Assembly: GCF_026571515.1 (NCBI RefSeq)
Contig: NW_026859905.1
Coordinates: 1-64,000, forward strand
Direction of reading: 5' to 3'
Source of the DNA: Ruditapes philippinarum
Taxonomy: Eukaryota
Length of the DNA stretch: 64,000 nt
A model generated the notes under the pieces. It did not search any database. It was not told the DNA's origin and saw only the letters and a list, made by a program, of their open reading frames with translations. This document shows, one piece after another, positions 13,601 through 26,215 of the stretch; positions within the stretch are counted from its first letter, which is position 1; each line of letters opens with the position of its first letter. Both the position numbers and the translations under genes were made by a program.

Positions 13601-15242
13601 TTTGTGCTGTCATGTGTATTTATTTAAATGGAATTTGAAAACCACATAATAGTAAATACTATGTTTATATTTTAGATAATAAACATGTGCATCTGTAATA
13701 AAATGAAATATAAGTATGTGTTTGTAATCATAATGATATATATACTCAACATCACTAATTCCGCGTCATCACTTATCGTATCGATTTATTCAGGGAATAG
13801 ACATACATGTATACACTTATTTCACAGTAATGGCATATTTTCATGTTACCAGAGTTAAAATTGGTCAGAATTGACATATTTTATTCATATACCTAAACAA
13901 CAAAGTTTTTGTGCAAAATATTTTAAATCTCTAGATTTTTATGTAAAACAGAACAACATTTTACAAATTTCTGCAAAAAGCAACAATAGTCCATTAAATT
14001 TGTGCATATGCCTGAAACAATCATCATTTTCTAAATGTTCTTGTTGTTGAAATAATAAATTTTGAGTTACAAGTAAGAATAATTTTAATATTAAAAATCA
14101 AGCAAAATAACACGTAGAAATTTTAACTGAAACATGAAAAAACTGAAATGTTACACCATTACCGCATTTTAAATGATGACATACTTCTTTCAAAATGGCC
14201 GACATATGGTCTATGTTTAGTCCATTAAAATTGACTTTGAATATAATGTTGTTTCCTTGTGCAATACAGCAGAAAATACCTATATGTTATAGCTTATGAC
14301 AATTTTTGTACCATAGGTTTCATTTGTTGTTTTATGTCTGGTTTCAAAGCATTAAGTAACGTGAACTAAGAGGAGCACAGTATAACTGCTAGCATATCTT
14401 AACAAAGATCTAGACATGTCTCCCTTGCAGAATTATTGGCTCCAACTTTGGAGCCATTGGCCTCAACTTTTTCTGATTGGCGAATTAGGTGGCGCAAACT
14501 AATTTTGACCCAGAGGGAACACTGAATATCTTTAAAAAAAGTAATTTATAAAAAAAGTTGGGAGTACATGGTTTCTGTTTTCTTAACCGTCCGCGCAAAT
14601 TAACGCATAAAGGTCAATCTCGTTATCACGTGGTCAAACATTTTGGCAATATGGCGGCCAAGTGCTGAATTTTTTACCTGTTTCCACAATTGGGTAGTTT
14701 ATGTTCGTAATAAGATTTTTATATGTCCATCCGTTTATGCATCACTTTACTTCATGGCATGTTCGATGAATGAATAAGAGCATGTCAGATTCCTGGCACG
14801 ATTATTGGTGGACTTTCCCTACGGGTCTGTCTTCAGCATTCATGTCATAGTATATAAATGGGTAAGCTGAAGATCTTAAGCTAGCTTAATACCTATGCAA
14901 TTTTACATTGTTTTAGTTAGCACTCATCGAAAATTAAAAATCATATCAATCACCCAAAAAGCGAATAAAATTTAATCAATCTAATGAGTAGTGATCCTTG
15001 GTGGTTTTTAGGACCTGAAAATAATCCGTTACGAATATATTTGGTAACGAATCAACCAAAACCGGCAGGATTTGTCTAACACTTGTCAGTAACCAATAGT
15101 AAAATCAATATAGAAAGTGTCATACCTTTACAGAATCAGGTTTTATTCTTTTTGCCTCTATTTTCCCATCACCTGACGCAGATGAACCGTCAAGTTTTAT
15201 TGTTCTTTTTCTTTTCTTTTCCTTTTCGTCTTTTACGTCCAT
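1657..15242 (-). CDS. THOC5: THO complex subunit 5 (THOC5/FMIP), 5' ten coding exons; gene continues beyond the left edge
   Basis: GT-AG exons with consistent phases: 15126-15242 ([13 protein letters not shown]...), 11694-11870, 11039-11152 (...[21 protein letters not shown]), 6847-6944 ([33 protein letters not shown]), 4986-5061 ([25 protein letters not shown]), 4121-4191 ([16 protein letters not shown]), 3382-3497 ([10 protein letters not shown]; 1 extra base), 2607-2739 ([11 protein letters not shown]...[11 protein letters not shown]), 2188-2265, 1657-1712 ([10 protein letters not shown]). These match vertebrate THOC5 motifs as I recall them ([55 protein letters not shown]). Confidence 0.95.
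3706..4090. repeat. Local ~120-bp diverged direct duplication in a THOC5 intron
   Basis: AGACCAAGTTT...ACACAGATGATAAATT...GACAAAGGTATTCCAAAATCCCCCTT...ACTACAT.TGTATTAT occurs at ~3706-3826 and ~3969-4090. Confidence 0.85.
5090..6525. repeat. Minisatellite with a 29-bp core (CCCACAGAATGACTACCTTAAGAACATAT) and 16/38/42-bp variants
   Basis: Dozens of CCCACAGAATGACTAC-anchored units are directly visible, degenerating at both ends. Confidence 0.95.
7411..9825. mobile_element. ~2.4-kb non-autonomous DNA transposon with short TIRs, flanked by TA
   Basis: CTATAGTCTGTCCCAT (7408-7423) is the exact reverse complement of ATGGGACAGACTATAG (9813-9828). No recognisable transposase inside. Confidence 0.65.
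10013..10890 (+). mobile_element. Degenerate, internally deleted mariner (Tc1/mariner) element
   Basis: TA|CGAGGGTTGTCCGGAAAGTTC at the left end and GAACTTTCCGGACATTCCTCA|TA at the right (imperfect TIR, TA TSD). An internal relic at ~10525-10600 reads [24 protein letters not shown], resembling the mariner W..RF..G..S..D..R.GRP motif. Confidence 0.8.
12110..12257. repeat. Dispersed repeat end (…GTAATGGGTTAA), also present at ~30-181
   Basis: ATTTGTGCCAAGTTTGA...ATTTGAACTTGTAAC...GCCATTTTTCACAAAATGCTCATG..GTAATGGGTTAA is shared by both loci. The GGG-TTAA end resembles piggyBac-type termini (inference). Confidence 0.6.
12542..12763. mobile_element. 222-bp MITE with CAGTG...CACTG ends and a 6-bp direct flank (TTCTGA)
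   Basis: CAGTGTAAGAAATT vs AATTTCGAACACTG (14 bp, 2 mismatches). TTCTGA occurs at 12536-12541 and 12764-12769. Confidence 0.55.
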
Positions 15243-16099
15243 TTTGTTGTTGTTGTTGTTGTTGTTGTCGTCAAAATAAATTGCGAATGTGATACGTATT
15301 ATTGTCATCTCACTGTTACGTTGCAACGTGCTTATTATCAGATTTGTTTTAACTTTTTTTGTTTGTTACTGAAAAAGCCATGATAGGCCTAATGTTTTTT
15401 ATGCACGACAGGCATTTTATTCATACATCTTGTATCTGAGTTTAGTATGCATGCACGGCTCCTGAAAAGTTTGTATGTGTTTGGGGGGGGGGGGGCATGA
15501 TCTCCTTTGGGGATTTGAGGGGGGGGGCATGATCTCCTTTGGGATTTGGTTAGTATATCAGATTAGAACTTGTAAACGAATCATTTTGTAAAAAATCACA
15601 TAAAACACAAAAAACTTTTTAAAAGTGAAAATCACACACAAATTTTACTTGAGACCCCCTATTTAAAACTAGTGAAATAGAATACTATGCATTACCACTT
15701 GTCCAAAATTCGCGACTCACTCTCTTTCACACAGACCCCTTCACCCAGTGTTACCAACCGGCGGACTGACCTCTATTAACCTGCCCGCCCGTCTGTATGT
15801 GTATATGTATATATAAGAGAACTATAAGTTAGTGGTACAAAGATCAATTTTGATTATGTAAATACTTAAGAAAATTTCGGCTGGTATTTACTTTATTGAT
15901 CTTCTCCAAACTTTTTTCATGATTGTTTATATTATGTTTATATGTTTATGTCATACACTGTTCGTTATTGTGCATTATTTATGTCCTCGTGGGCTTTAAA
16001 GCCTATTGGAATAAAATAAAATGACTGCCTGTCTGCCGAAATTATATATTGGGTAGTTAGCGTAAAATAAAATAATTAAACAGCTGGTTATCAATCAAC

Positions 16100-17620
16100 T
16101 ACGGTGGCATAAAAGTGACATTTGCAAATTTTTTATTTTTTGTTTTGTTTTCGTATTTTTGTGTGTGTTTTTTTTTGTTTTGCATACATATTTTCTTTTA
16201 GTTTTGCATACATATTTTATTTTAGTTTTGAATACATATTTTTTGTTTTGTTTTGCATACATATTTTTTGTTTGTTTTGCATGCATATTTTTTTTAGTTT
16301 TGCATACATATTTTATTTTAGTTTTGAATATATATTTTTGTTTTGTTTTGCATACATATTTTTTTTAAGTTTTGCATACATATTTTATTTTAGTTGTGCG
16401 TACATTTTTTACATGACGCCATTTGCAAAGTAGTTAGGCCATTTGTGAAACACCATTTTCAAACACTTCGCCACTGTAAATTACAGTACACCATTTGCAA
16501 ACGCCATTTGCATATACCAAATTTTTCATTTTTGGAGGCATCAAAAAGAAATCACAAACAGTTTTTAGTTTATATATACATAAATATATAGTCCACGGTG
16601 ACGCAAAGAAGGTTCTGCATATGGTCTCGATGTAGTTAACGTTTGACTTAAGGTGCATGAAAATCCTTCATGGGGCTTAGGAGATAAGGAGCGGGCATGA
16701 AACCCAAGTCACAATTCTTTGTGTGAGCCCGACCTTGAGCCGGCACACTTGGCATATAAGTTCTGCACATTATCTGGATGTGCTAGACAATTGATCCAAG
16801 TTTCATAAAAATCCTTCAAAGCTTTAAGCATTTTTTTTCTAAACCAGTGGGATTATAAGGACCTATTTAGATTTTTATTGTGCATTATTGTAATACACCA
16901 GTCATTTTTAACCACATCCCTTGCGCTGTGTCGGGGCATAAGGCAGGGATGTTATTATCTGAGTATCCCCGGCAGGGTGAATATTGTACCAGAGGTCGGC
17001 TTGGTTTAAAGTCAATGCCCCCCACCCCCCGCTATTCTCAGGGTGTGGGGTTGAGTGGTGCATATACATGGAATAATAACTGATCACCAATCAACAGCCC
17101 TTTCCAAAAAGACACTAATATAATAGTATATAATAATAAAAAAAAACAATAATTATGTAAAATACATAATTATAATTTAAAAAGTGGGCCGAAAAGGGTC
17201 GGCCTTTCGGCCGAAACCAGACTTGCCCGGCCGATAACGACTAGGCCGATTCCAAAAATGGGCCGAAATGTGACCAAACCACTGTGCTACTATTGTAACT
17301 ATGGGCTGCTTTGAGATGTGAGGACTGTTTTGATTGGCTAAAATATGTACGAAAAACAAAAATAAAATATGTATGAAAAACAAAAATAAAATATGTATGC
17401 AAAATTAAAAAAAAATATGTATGTAAAACAAAACAAAATATGTTATCAAAGCTAAATAAAATATGTATGCAAAACTAAAAAAAATATGTAATCAAAACTA
17501 AAATAAAATATGTATGCAAAACTAAAAAAAAAATATGAACGAAAAACAAAAAAATAAAAATAAGTATCAAAAACTAAAAAAAAAAAAAAAATTGCAAATG
17601 TCACTTTTAATGCCACCGTA
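16100..17620. mobile_element. 1.5-kb foldback-like non-autonomous DNA transposon with TAC...GTA termini and 6-bp TSD (IS3EU-like)
   Basis: TACGGTGGCATAAAAGTGACATTTGCAA at the left, TTGCAAATGTCACTTTTAATGCCACCGTA at the right. ATCAAC occurs at 16094-16099 and 17621-17626. Inverted subterminal arrays of ~23-bp TTTTGCATACATATTTT units lie at ~16135-16412 and ~17340-17580. Confidence 0.85.
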
Positions 17621-18750
17621 ATCAACCACTTGGTTTTTGCTTTCTGCTTGGAAGACGCATAATCCGTTTTCCCATGTTATCTGTTATCTTAGATATTATT
17701 AAATAATCTAATTCCATCGGTAGGCTGACAGTCTGATATCTACCATCTGTCCGAGTCTATGTGTTCTCACGGAACACGTGTACTTATATTGTCGTCTGAC
17801 CACTTGTAGCTACAGACGATAAATCATAACCAACTTTGGTCGTACAGAAAAATGACTTTAATATATTTCACTCCTGTTATAGCGTTTTTGTTGTACCGGA
17901 CAACTAATAATTGGAAAGCTTCGGTTGCGTGCTTTTTATATCTGGTTCGTTATAATTTTTATATCAATTCTTTTATATAATTATCGTCTCATTTCTATAA
18001 ATATAAAAAATATGGTTTTCAAATTTCATATTATCGATATGTATATTATCTGAATTTTCCACATTAAACTATCTTCAGTCATAATTTAGACTAGTATTCA
18101 ACAGTTAGAATGTATAATTTAAAATCTTCATGACACTAGTACTCAATTTGAACAGCAAGAAAACCTATTCTTGAATAAAGAATATGCACGCGGCTATAGA
18201 AACATGCATTGATGGATAAAATCACGCAAGCATGCGCCGCAGTTATACATATTTAAATATCCACACTGCCATGTAAAAAAAGATGAATGCAATGACTACC
18301 CTGGTTATTTCACAATATTATAAAATAAGCCCGAAACGATTACACACCGTGTAAATAGCGTTAATAAATTAATGCACCTTTCTCGTGCATGAAAATCTAC
18401 AGAAGCCCTCGTATTTTCAAAAATTACTCGATTTACGGGCTCTGACTTTAAAAGCGCCCTCGTGCTTCTGCAGGCTTTTAAGAACGAAAGAAAATGCATT
18501 TACTCTCTATTTACCAAAAAAACAAACTTATAGAATTGTTGTAACTAGCATCAGGTGAAATTCTTATCAGATTTTAAATTCTATATAATTATAAATGTTT
18601 TATATTATCAAGACCTACCCCCATATTATAGCAGTAATTAAAGTACTAAACGTATTGGATTTTTTTAATTAAGAAAAGATAAAAGTACAGATGCAGTACA
18701 GATCCTCACGGTGAGTCACATGATAATCAAAATGTTGGTTTTATTTTCAG

Positions 18751-21700
18751 GCTACATTAACATGGCTTGGTGTATTTCAAACACTGCTGTCAGTGTCATT
18801 GACTGTTGTTTTCATGTTTATGTTGTTCCAATACATGCACACAGAGATTCCTGAAGGGGTTAAAGAAGTATGGGGTGCTCGTATCTTAGATACAGCTCTC
18901 CGTACAAACGGAAAGTTTGTAAGTAAATTCTAATTTTATATTTGTTGGTTCATAAAAAATAGGTAATGACAAACATGTATACGGACAGTCCCATCTATAT
19001 TGATTTAAACACTTTTACAATAGTCTGAGGTAAAGTAAAACTCCAATCTTCCCTATTCTGTGATCACCCTTCATATATATAATTTCACTTAGTGTGGTTT
19101 ACCACCATGATCACAACATGCTGGTATAAAGGTACTTTGAAGCTTTTTAATCTATGGATTTTGATAAAAATCGTACCAAACTTTTTATATTGAAAGAAGT
19201 ATGTAATTTTACAACACAGCGGGCGATGCATGTGCAAATACATTGTTTTATTTTCCTCTTCTGTATATTATTCACGTCGATAAGCTAAAACTCCATGGCG
19301 GTATAAGGATGTGAAAATATTTGGAGTGTTTAGTTTTTTTAATGTTTATGGCATACACTTTTTATCAAATTTTCCCCAAAATTCATAAATAATAATTTCT
19401 AATTTCTCCATAGCAACATTTTTCAGTATCTTTGCTTCAGCTAGTTTATAAGCATTCCGCAACTGTTTTAATGTCTCTGAATCTATTTATATCTTGACTA
19501 GATGTGTTGCTGAGTATGTAAGAACAAGGCAGTCGCAGATCAAATATATTAAGATGAAGTAAAATATAGTTGTGGGATTTTGAAATAGGCAAGTGGCCTC
19601 AAGCTGCAGTGCGCATATGTCACAGTCCAAACGCTTGCGCGATCGTTTTATCGCTTTAAGCTGAAAATAAGGTTCTATCTAAAACGTTTACTGCAGTGCC
19701 AAGGTTGCGTTACGAAATAAATAAAAAATCTTGCATTTTTTTTGAAAAAATAGAATAATCAACGGTAACATGTAACTTTTTCAGATACTTTCCTTGCATA
19801 ATTTTGGTATAACCGGAGGATGTTGTCGACCTACAAGAAAGCTCGTGAACGTTGTGCTGACAACATTAATCACTGGTAGACCGTTCGGGCTGGGTCCAGA
19901 TCCAGAACTAGAGGTAAACATCGTTTATGAGAAATTTGTGTAACAACTGTTCATTAGGTTTAACTTGTTGAAAATACGCGGTCCGAATCTTATTCCTTTC
20001 ATTTTCTCAATATCTGGAAAAAGTGATCTATCGGAAGCATCAAAATCAGCATAATTACATGAAAATTGCAGACTCGATTTGATTGAGTCTGTGCAACATT
20101 CCTCACGACCTCTACCACTGGCTTGAGCAGTACTTAATTTTCAACACTTATAAGTGCTGGAAGGACCAGAAAAATATAATAGCACTGAAGTGAAGCATAG
20201 GACACCTTTTTAAGGCTGCCACACGGCACATGACATCTGATGTTACGTATATCTGGATAAGTTAGAAAAAGTATGAATCTATAATCATAACTTAATGGCT
20301 GAACATGAACAGAGTACTGTGACTATATTCTCTATCTATCAATCGAACCTAAAATAATTATACATTTAAGCAGCATCTTGGAATGGTGAAAAGTTTCAAA
20401 GCAAAGATCGCTTACAAAATATTGAAATTCGGACGTGTACGACGTTTTGAAAACTTCACAAGCTTGTCTTGTGTATTCAATACTTCAGCCAATATTGTTT
20501 TTATTTTCAAATGTTATTATAGATATACGATATGGAAGTTGATGGTGTAAGTGTACGAGTATATGACCCTGTAAACACCAGTGGTTCTAAACGCCCAGTT
20601 CTCGTGTATTATCATGGTGGCGGATGGTCATGGCTTAATGTCGGTATGTCAATTAAATAGATTATAAGTATTATTTAATGTTTAATTAAAACAATAGTCA
20701 ATGTAGATGTTAAAATCTGTGAAACAGCGCAACTAAATATATATTTTAGAATAGTAATACATTCAGAGAAAAAGAGCTATTATAACACAAGTCTACTTAA
20801 GTAAAATGAAGCCAATAAAAACCGTAAATTAAAAGAACCTTACAACAGATTGCTTGGTCACACCATTTAGAGTCTTATATAATAATGAGATTAAAAGGAA
20901 CTCCACTGAGGTACAAAAGCCTAAAACATAAAGTTTGAAATTCTTGCCAAGATCAACGGATTCAATTAAATGGAAACATTATGCAAGTGCGTGTAGAGAA
21001 AATGAGAGAAATCCCCAGAATTAATTAAAAATCTATTTCTATACGCTTCTTAGCCAGATCTGAGCTAAAAGTGGCACAATGTTTTTCATTTTTGGGTCAC
21101 TTAATTCGCGCTATATGAAAATATCAATCTCCTACGCAGTGATCTCCCCTTACAGCAGGATTAGATGTGATTACAATTCTGCCAAGGGAGGTAATCAGTG
21201 TGAGGAGTTTGTGAAAATATTATCCAGGTAAAACGTAGTAAGCAAATGATGAAATTGTGCACATAAGCGACTGATCTAGATCTTTATCGAATGGTACAGG
21301 AAAATCTAAAAAAAAAAAGAGTTTTCCAGTCCCTTCATGTAAAAAACAATTACAAAAAAAACAACAACAACAACAACAGTGGAGTCCTTTTAAAACACAT
21401 CCCCGAATTAATGTCACACAGTTAATGGTTTAATTTTAGATGTTTACGATCCAGCGACAAGAGAACTTGCCAAGAAAGTGGGAATGGTTGTTGTTTCAGT
21501 CAAGTGAGTGATTCTATATCCTTATTTTTTAAATCTGCAGTTTGAGAAAATATTTGAATGTTTAATAGTGATCCCGTCTCAATTTATTTTACAACTTTTT
21601 ATATGTGTCATGAAGGGGTTCTGCTGGAATTTGAATACTATGGTAAAGCTTAACAAGAAATCATTCCTAATCTACACATCTATTGTTATATAGAGGATAT

Positions 21701-22899
21701 TGAATGAGTGTAAGTTCAATACTGAATTTATTGCACGAGTTGAATAAAATTATATTATGCGAGCCTCTGGCGAGCATAATATTATTTTATTCAACGAGTG
21801 CAATAAATTCAGTAATGAACTTACACGAATTTAATATTCTATTTATCATATACCCAAAATAAATACCGTTTAAAGTGAAATAAGAGTCATTTTTCATTGA
21901 CGCGACTATAGTATAACGCTAACATTTAGCGCGTCTTTACACTATGTTTGTATAACGCTAATGACGTCACGTCAAAATATATGAACGGCCGTGCAATACC
22001 ATTTTTACGGAGTCGCAAAATCGGCACGGGTGTGTGATAAAAACGAAATAAGGGATGATATATAATATGCACTATTATTTAAGAGACAATGTTGTTAACA
22101 TATCTGCATTTTTTTCAGTTACCGACAGTCTCCAGAGCATCCACATCCAATCCCATTTAACGATTGTTTAAAAGCAACTGAATGGGTTCTAAAGAACCCA
22201 ACAAAGCTAAAAATAGACTCTACACGCGTAGCAATATCAGGAGACAGCGCTGGTGGACATCTAACCGCGGCAGTTTCGTTACGCCTTAAAAAGAAGATCA
22301 AAATCCAAATTCCTATCTATCCATGTCTGCAACTTTTTGATTTGCAAACACCTTCTTACATTGAAAATAAAGATTTTATCCCTGGAATGTTATGTGATGT
22401 TTCCATGCTTTCGTACTGGTTAAATTACGGTAACATTAGTTACGAGTACATGGACATGATACTCGACAACCAACACACATCACCAGCGTTAAAGAAGTCA
22501 AAATATGCAGACAACGTTTCTCCACGTTGGTACATGAAAGAATACATTCGGTCAGAAAAGTTACGGGAAATGGAGAAGGCAACAGACTCCGGCAATGAAG
22601 CACTGTCTAAAACAGTGGAGAAAACAATACTGGATCCATACTTCGCTCCTTTAATGGCTGACGAGGAGGACTTCAAAGATCTTCCTCATACTTACGTTTT
22701 GACAGCAGGATATGATGTTTTACGAGATGATGGTTTGATGTATTATCAGCGCTGCAAGGCGGCTGGAGTTCGAGTACATCTTGCTCATTATGAAGACGGG
22801 TTTCATGGGATGATATTTTTCTTTGCGGGACCGATGCCTTTTAAAGTCGGTATCCGGGCGATGAACGATCTTGTTAAATTTCTGAAAGAAAATTTGTAG
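18751..22899 (+). CDS. Arylacetamide deacetylase / neutral cholesterol ester hydrolase 1-like (HSL/GDXG alpha/beta hydrolase); start exon not resolved
   Basis: Exons 18751-18918 (hydrophobic anchor ...LLSVSLTVVFMFMLFQYMHTEIPEGV), 19785-19913, 20523-20643 (VRVYDP...VYYHGGGW), 21440-21503 (VVVSVN), 22119-22899 (YRQSPEHPHP, nucleophile GDSAGG, DVLRDDG, catalytic-His motif FHG). Phases are consistent. Confidence 0.9.
21691..22045. mobile_element. Intronic repeat with a ~150-bp 5' hairpin and an asymmetric internal/terminal inverted repeat
   Basis: 21694-21840 folds back on itself (…GTAAGTTCAATACTGAATTTATTGCACGAGTTGAATAAAAT… / …ATTTTATTCAACGAGTGCAATAAATTCAGTAATGAACTTAC…). TTTATCATATACCC (~21842) pairs with GGGTGTGTGATAAA (~22028). 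Confidence 0.6.
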
Positions 22900-23319
22900 T
22901 TATTAAGTTTTCCATTTTCTTTGCTAATTAGTTGTTCATCAGTCTCGGTGTTGACATTTTATGCGTAATATTGTGTTAAAGAACTCTTGCTTTTGATTAA
23001 ATAACACGAATTACATTTGATTTTTCCAGTTGTGTATATAATATCTAAAAGTTAAAATGTTTTTCTTACTTGTTGGTTTATTTCCTGATAAAACTATAGA
23101 CGCAAAGTCTTGTTTATTTTAATTTTTTTGTTAGACTACAACATTATTTATCAAGTTCGCAAAAGTTGTAGAGTGGAATGGGCATCGTGTCCGTTAGAAT
23201 TTTATATAGCAGCTTTAGAAAGCCATCCCAGACTCGCGATAATCTCTTACATTAAAGTATAAGGCCCCTAATTGGCAATTTTTATTAACATTTCTACAAA
23301 GACAAAAAGGAAGTTATAA

Positions 23320-24027
23320 CCTATTACAAACTAGAGCAGAGAAAATTTAAAAAAACAACTTTGCATGATTTATGGAATCACGATTGGAATAAATTAAAAA
23401 AAAAACAAAAAAAAAACGGGGGGGGGGGGGTCGCCATCCTACTTATTAATTTATCTGCCTCTGTGTGAGCCCTCGGAAGCATTAATCACAATAGTTACAC
23501 ACGTGAAAATTATAGGTTCGGTTTGACTGAGTATATACATGTGGAATAATAAAAAAGTGCAACATCCCTCACGCCCCCTAGCACCGGCTGGAGCGGTAGA
23601 CAATTTTCAATGATCCCAAAGGACCAAAAAGTATAACAACACTAAAAATGAAGTACAGCCAAGCAACACTTCGTTTGATTTTACCGATTTTATTCTATTG
23701 TTGCTTATGCAAGTTATGCCCATTTTGTAAAAGAAAAATGCAATAACATTGATGCATAGCAGAATATGTTTCAGATAGAATTGTTTGAAATTTTGCACAA
23801 TGACTGAAAAAGAAGTGACAAATATAATCTGAATTAGAATTAAGTATCGGTATTCTTGAATTTCTGCTCCTGAAAGTGACCATAAAGTGTTCAGAGACAT
23901 ATCACTGAACAAAATGTGGGACGGCGACCCACTTTTTTTTATCAGTTAGTTTTAATCACGATTTTCTTTAATCCTGCAAAGTTTAAGAAAATTCCTAATT
24001 TTTAAATTTTTGCTTTGTAAAAAAGGA
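23320..24027. mobile_element. Old MITE-like element with diverged long inverted repeats
   Basis: GGGTCGCCATCCTACTT (~23428) vs AATGTGGGACGGCGACCC (~23913), and ACTTTGCATGATTTA vs TAATCCTGCAAAGT, in inverted orientation. Confidence 0.45.
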
Positions 24028-25722
24028 CCTAAAATTTTTAATTAAAGTATTTTCCTTTATAAGACGTTATTATCAGGCTGATGTTGTCTGGGGAAAACGC
24101 CCACATGTGACTGCCGATCCATGACTACCCTAATTGTGACTAAGTTAATTCCTTGTACGGTGTAATTTGTCTTGATTTTACATAGCAATAGTCGGAACGC
24201 CTCTAAAAATACCATTTGGACAGATTCCATGATAATACAGTAACCCGATTAGCGCATAATATTGTGTATATGTTACTACATGTATCTTTATATTTAAAGT
24301 TTGCAGCATATTTTTCTATCACAGTTTACACGTTCGTTTTACGACAGTTGCATTTAGTCGTGTGCAAAATAATCTAACACAGTTTAAAAGAAAAAAAAAC
24401 TTGGAAAAGGTTTGATCTATCGGAAGCAATAAAACAACAATATTATATTAAAATTGCAGACCCGGTATGATTGAGTCTGTTAACGAGAGATAATGAAAAA
24501 TGCAATATCATGATCCCGAAAAATATAACACTGATGTGAATTAAGAGGCAACTTTTTGCTGTTAACATTCATCTAGAATTGATAAAATTAGCTAAATTTT
24601 ACACTACAAACTGCACCTTGCCCCGGACAGCAAGTTGACTAACGGAATTTAAATTACGCTTTTTTCCTTTATTTCGTGACTCTGACGGAGTACATATGTA
24701 CTATATACGCTCCAACATACTATTTCCTTTTGGACTGAATAAATAAATTATGATATGTAGGTTCACAGTAGAGAGAGGCATTTTGAACCCTGTATTTCCT
24801 ATTCCGCATTATTTCCTTGTCACTGTTTGTGTTCGATTTTTAACCAATCAAAGATAATAGGTCGATCTTGCCCGATCTTATTACGACTCACATTAACATG
24901 TACGTACACAATTTAACATGTAATACCTATTAGTAATTATCACGAATACACGTACGAGAAAATAGGAAAAAATGTTCTATCGTAGATATAAATTAATCAT
25001 TACAAAAATATTTATGTCAACTGCAGTAAAATGTTATTTCATCTAAATAACACAAATGAATGTCATTATAGTTATGAGCATACACAACAAGTAGTATAGC
25101 AGAATTGTTTATTTCCTTATATATTTTTACAAAACAAAAACACATCTATGCCTTTAAATAATTGCAAACATAATTATAAATGGGTTTTCCAAAATCGAAC
25201 AGTTGAAGTTGTCATACATTGTTGAGTGCAATTCTATTGCACGAGTACACAACTGTAACACCTATATGGACGATGTTCTAAATCTACGTTTATACAAAAG
25301 AAAGGATCATTATTTGTTAGATATTTCAGTAACAATCATTTTAAAGGAGGATGAATTAATACTATCCAACTGCATTGTGTAAAACATTTCCTCCAACCTA
25401 TGCCTGTGATGAACCATATTTTATGACCAATAACAAAACAATAAAACAACATTGGTGTAAATGAGGCGCCTTGTTTTACACATTGACAAAGCGGCAAAGT
25501 CTTTCAATAGACAGGTCAAGTGAAATGTCACTTCCTCGTAGTGTTTAGCTAGCCCCGTTTCGTGCTAATTAGTACTAAAATATTAATACTTTAGTTTTTT
25601 TATAGTTACCTTTTTATTGTTTATTAGTTGTAAGCATATTTGTTAATGGTAACATCAAATCATATTTTACACATGTTTACATACTTTAAACATCCTTCAC
25701 TAGCTATAGCACATATTCACCG

Positions 25723-25733
25723 TTATAAATAAA
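25723..25733 (+). promoter_or_regulatory. TATA-box candidate for the Asn-rich protein gene
   Basis: TTATAAATAAA lies about 30 nt upstream of a short putative non-coding exon ending at the GTAAGT donor near 25807. Confidence 0.45.
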
Positions 25734-26215
25734 GAGCAAACCCCAGTTATCGGTGCAGCTGATTCAAACTTTGCATCTGAATTTAACTTTACGGCTCGGC
25801 ACTTTGGTAAGTTATCATATTTTTTCCCTAAGAATATTCTTCTTTAGGTTTATGAAGATTTGTTAAATTTGCATGTTTATTTTTTTTATATATTCTTATA
25901 TTTATCTTTCATAACAGTTACAAAATAAAATGCATATATAGAAGACGTACAATGTGCATTTACATATATCAATCTTAACTTAAGTTATATCTGTAAAATT
26001 TATCTGAAACATTCTTCGAGTAACTTGACTTTTGATGAAAGCGACAATCGCTTGAATATCATGGACATTTATAACTTAATGATTTTTTGAATATTTAATA
26101 TAACATAATGTTTAGAATTTCTATTTACATTTATAGTTTAAATCTAGTTCTGATTGTAAGTGTACATGAATCAATATTCTGCAAATTGGGCACATTTAAT
26201 TTTACAGAATTCAGA

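Noticed and set aside
14580-15020. Possible snoRNA or promoter in THOC5 intron 1 (E-box, ATGGCGG, TGA...CTGA motifs)
   Set aside because: No convincing box C/D pair with a terminal stem on the host strand, and the motifs are too short to call.
16095-16433. Hydrophobic or Lys-rich ORFs in the ORF track
   Set aside because: They are translations of the transposon's subterminal tandem repeats.
18674-18710. Possible first coding exon of the esterase
   Set aside because: The ATG at 18691 is out of frame with the next exon and the intron would be only 40 nt. An alternative near 18283-18303 has a weak donor. The start is left unresolved.
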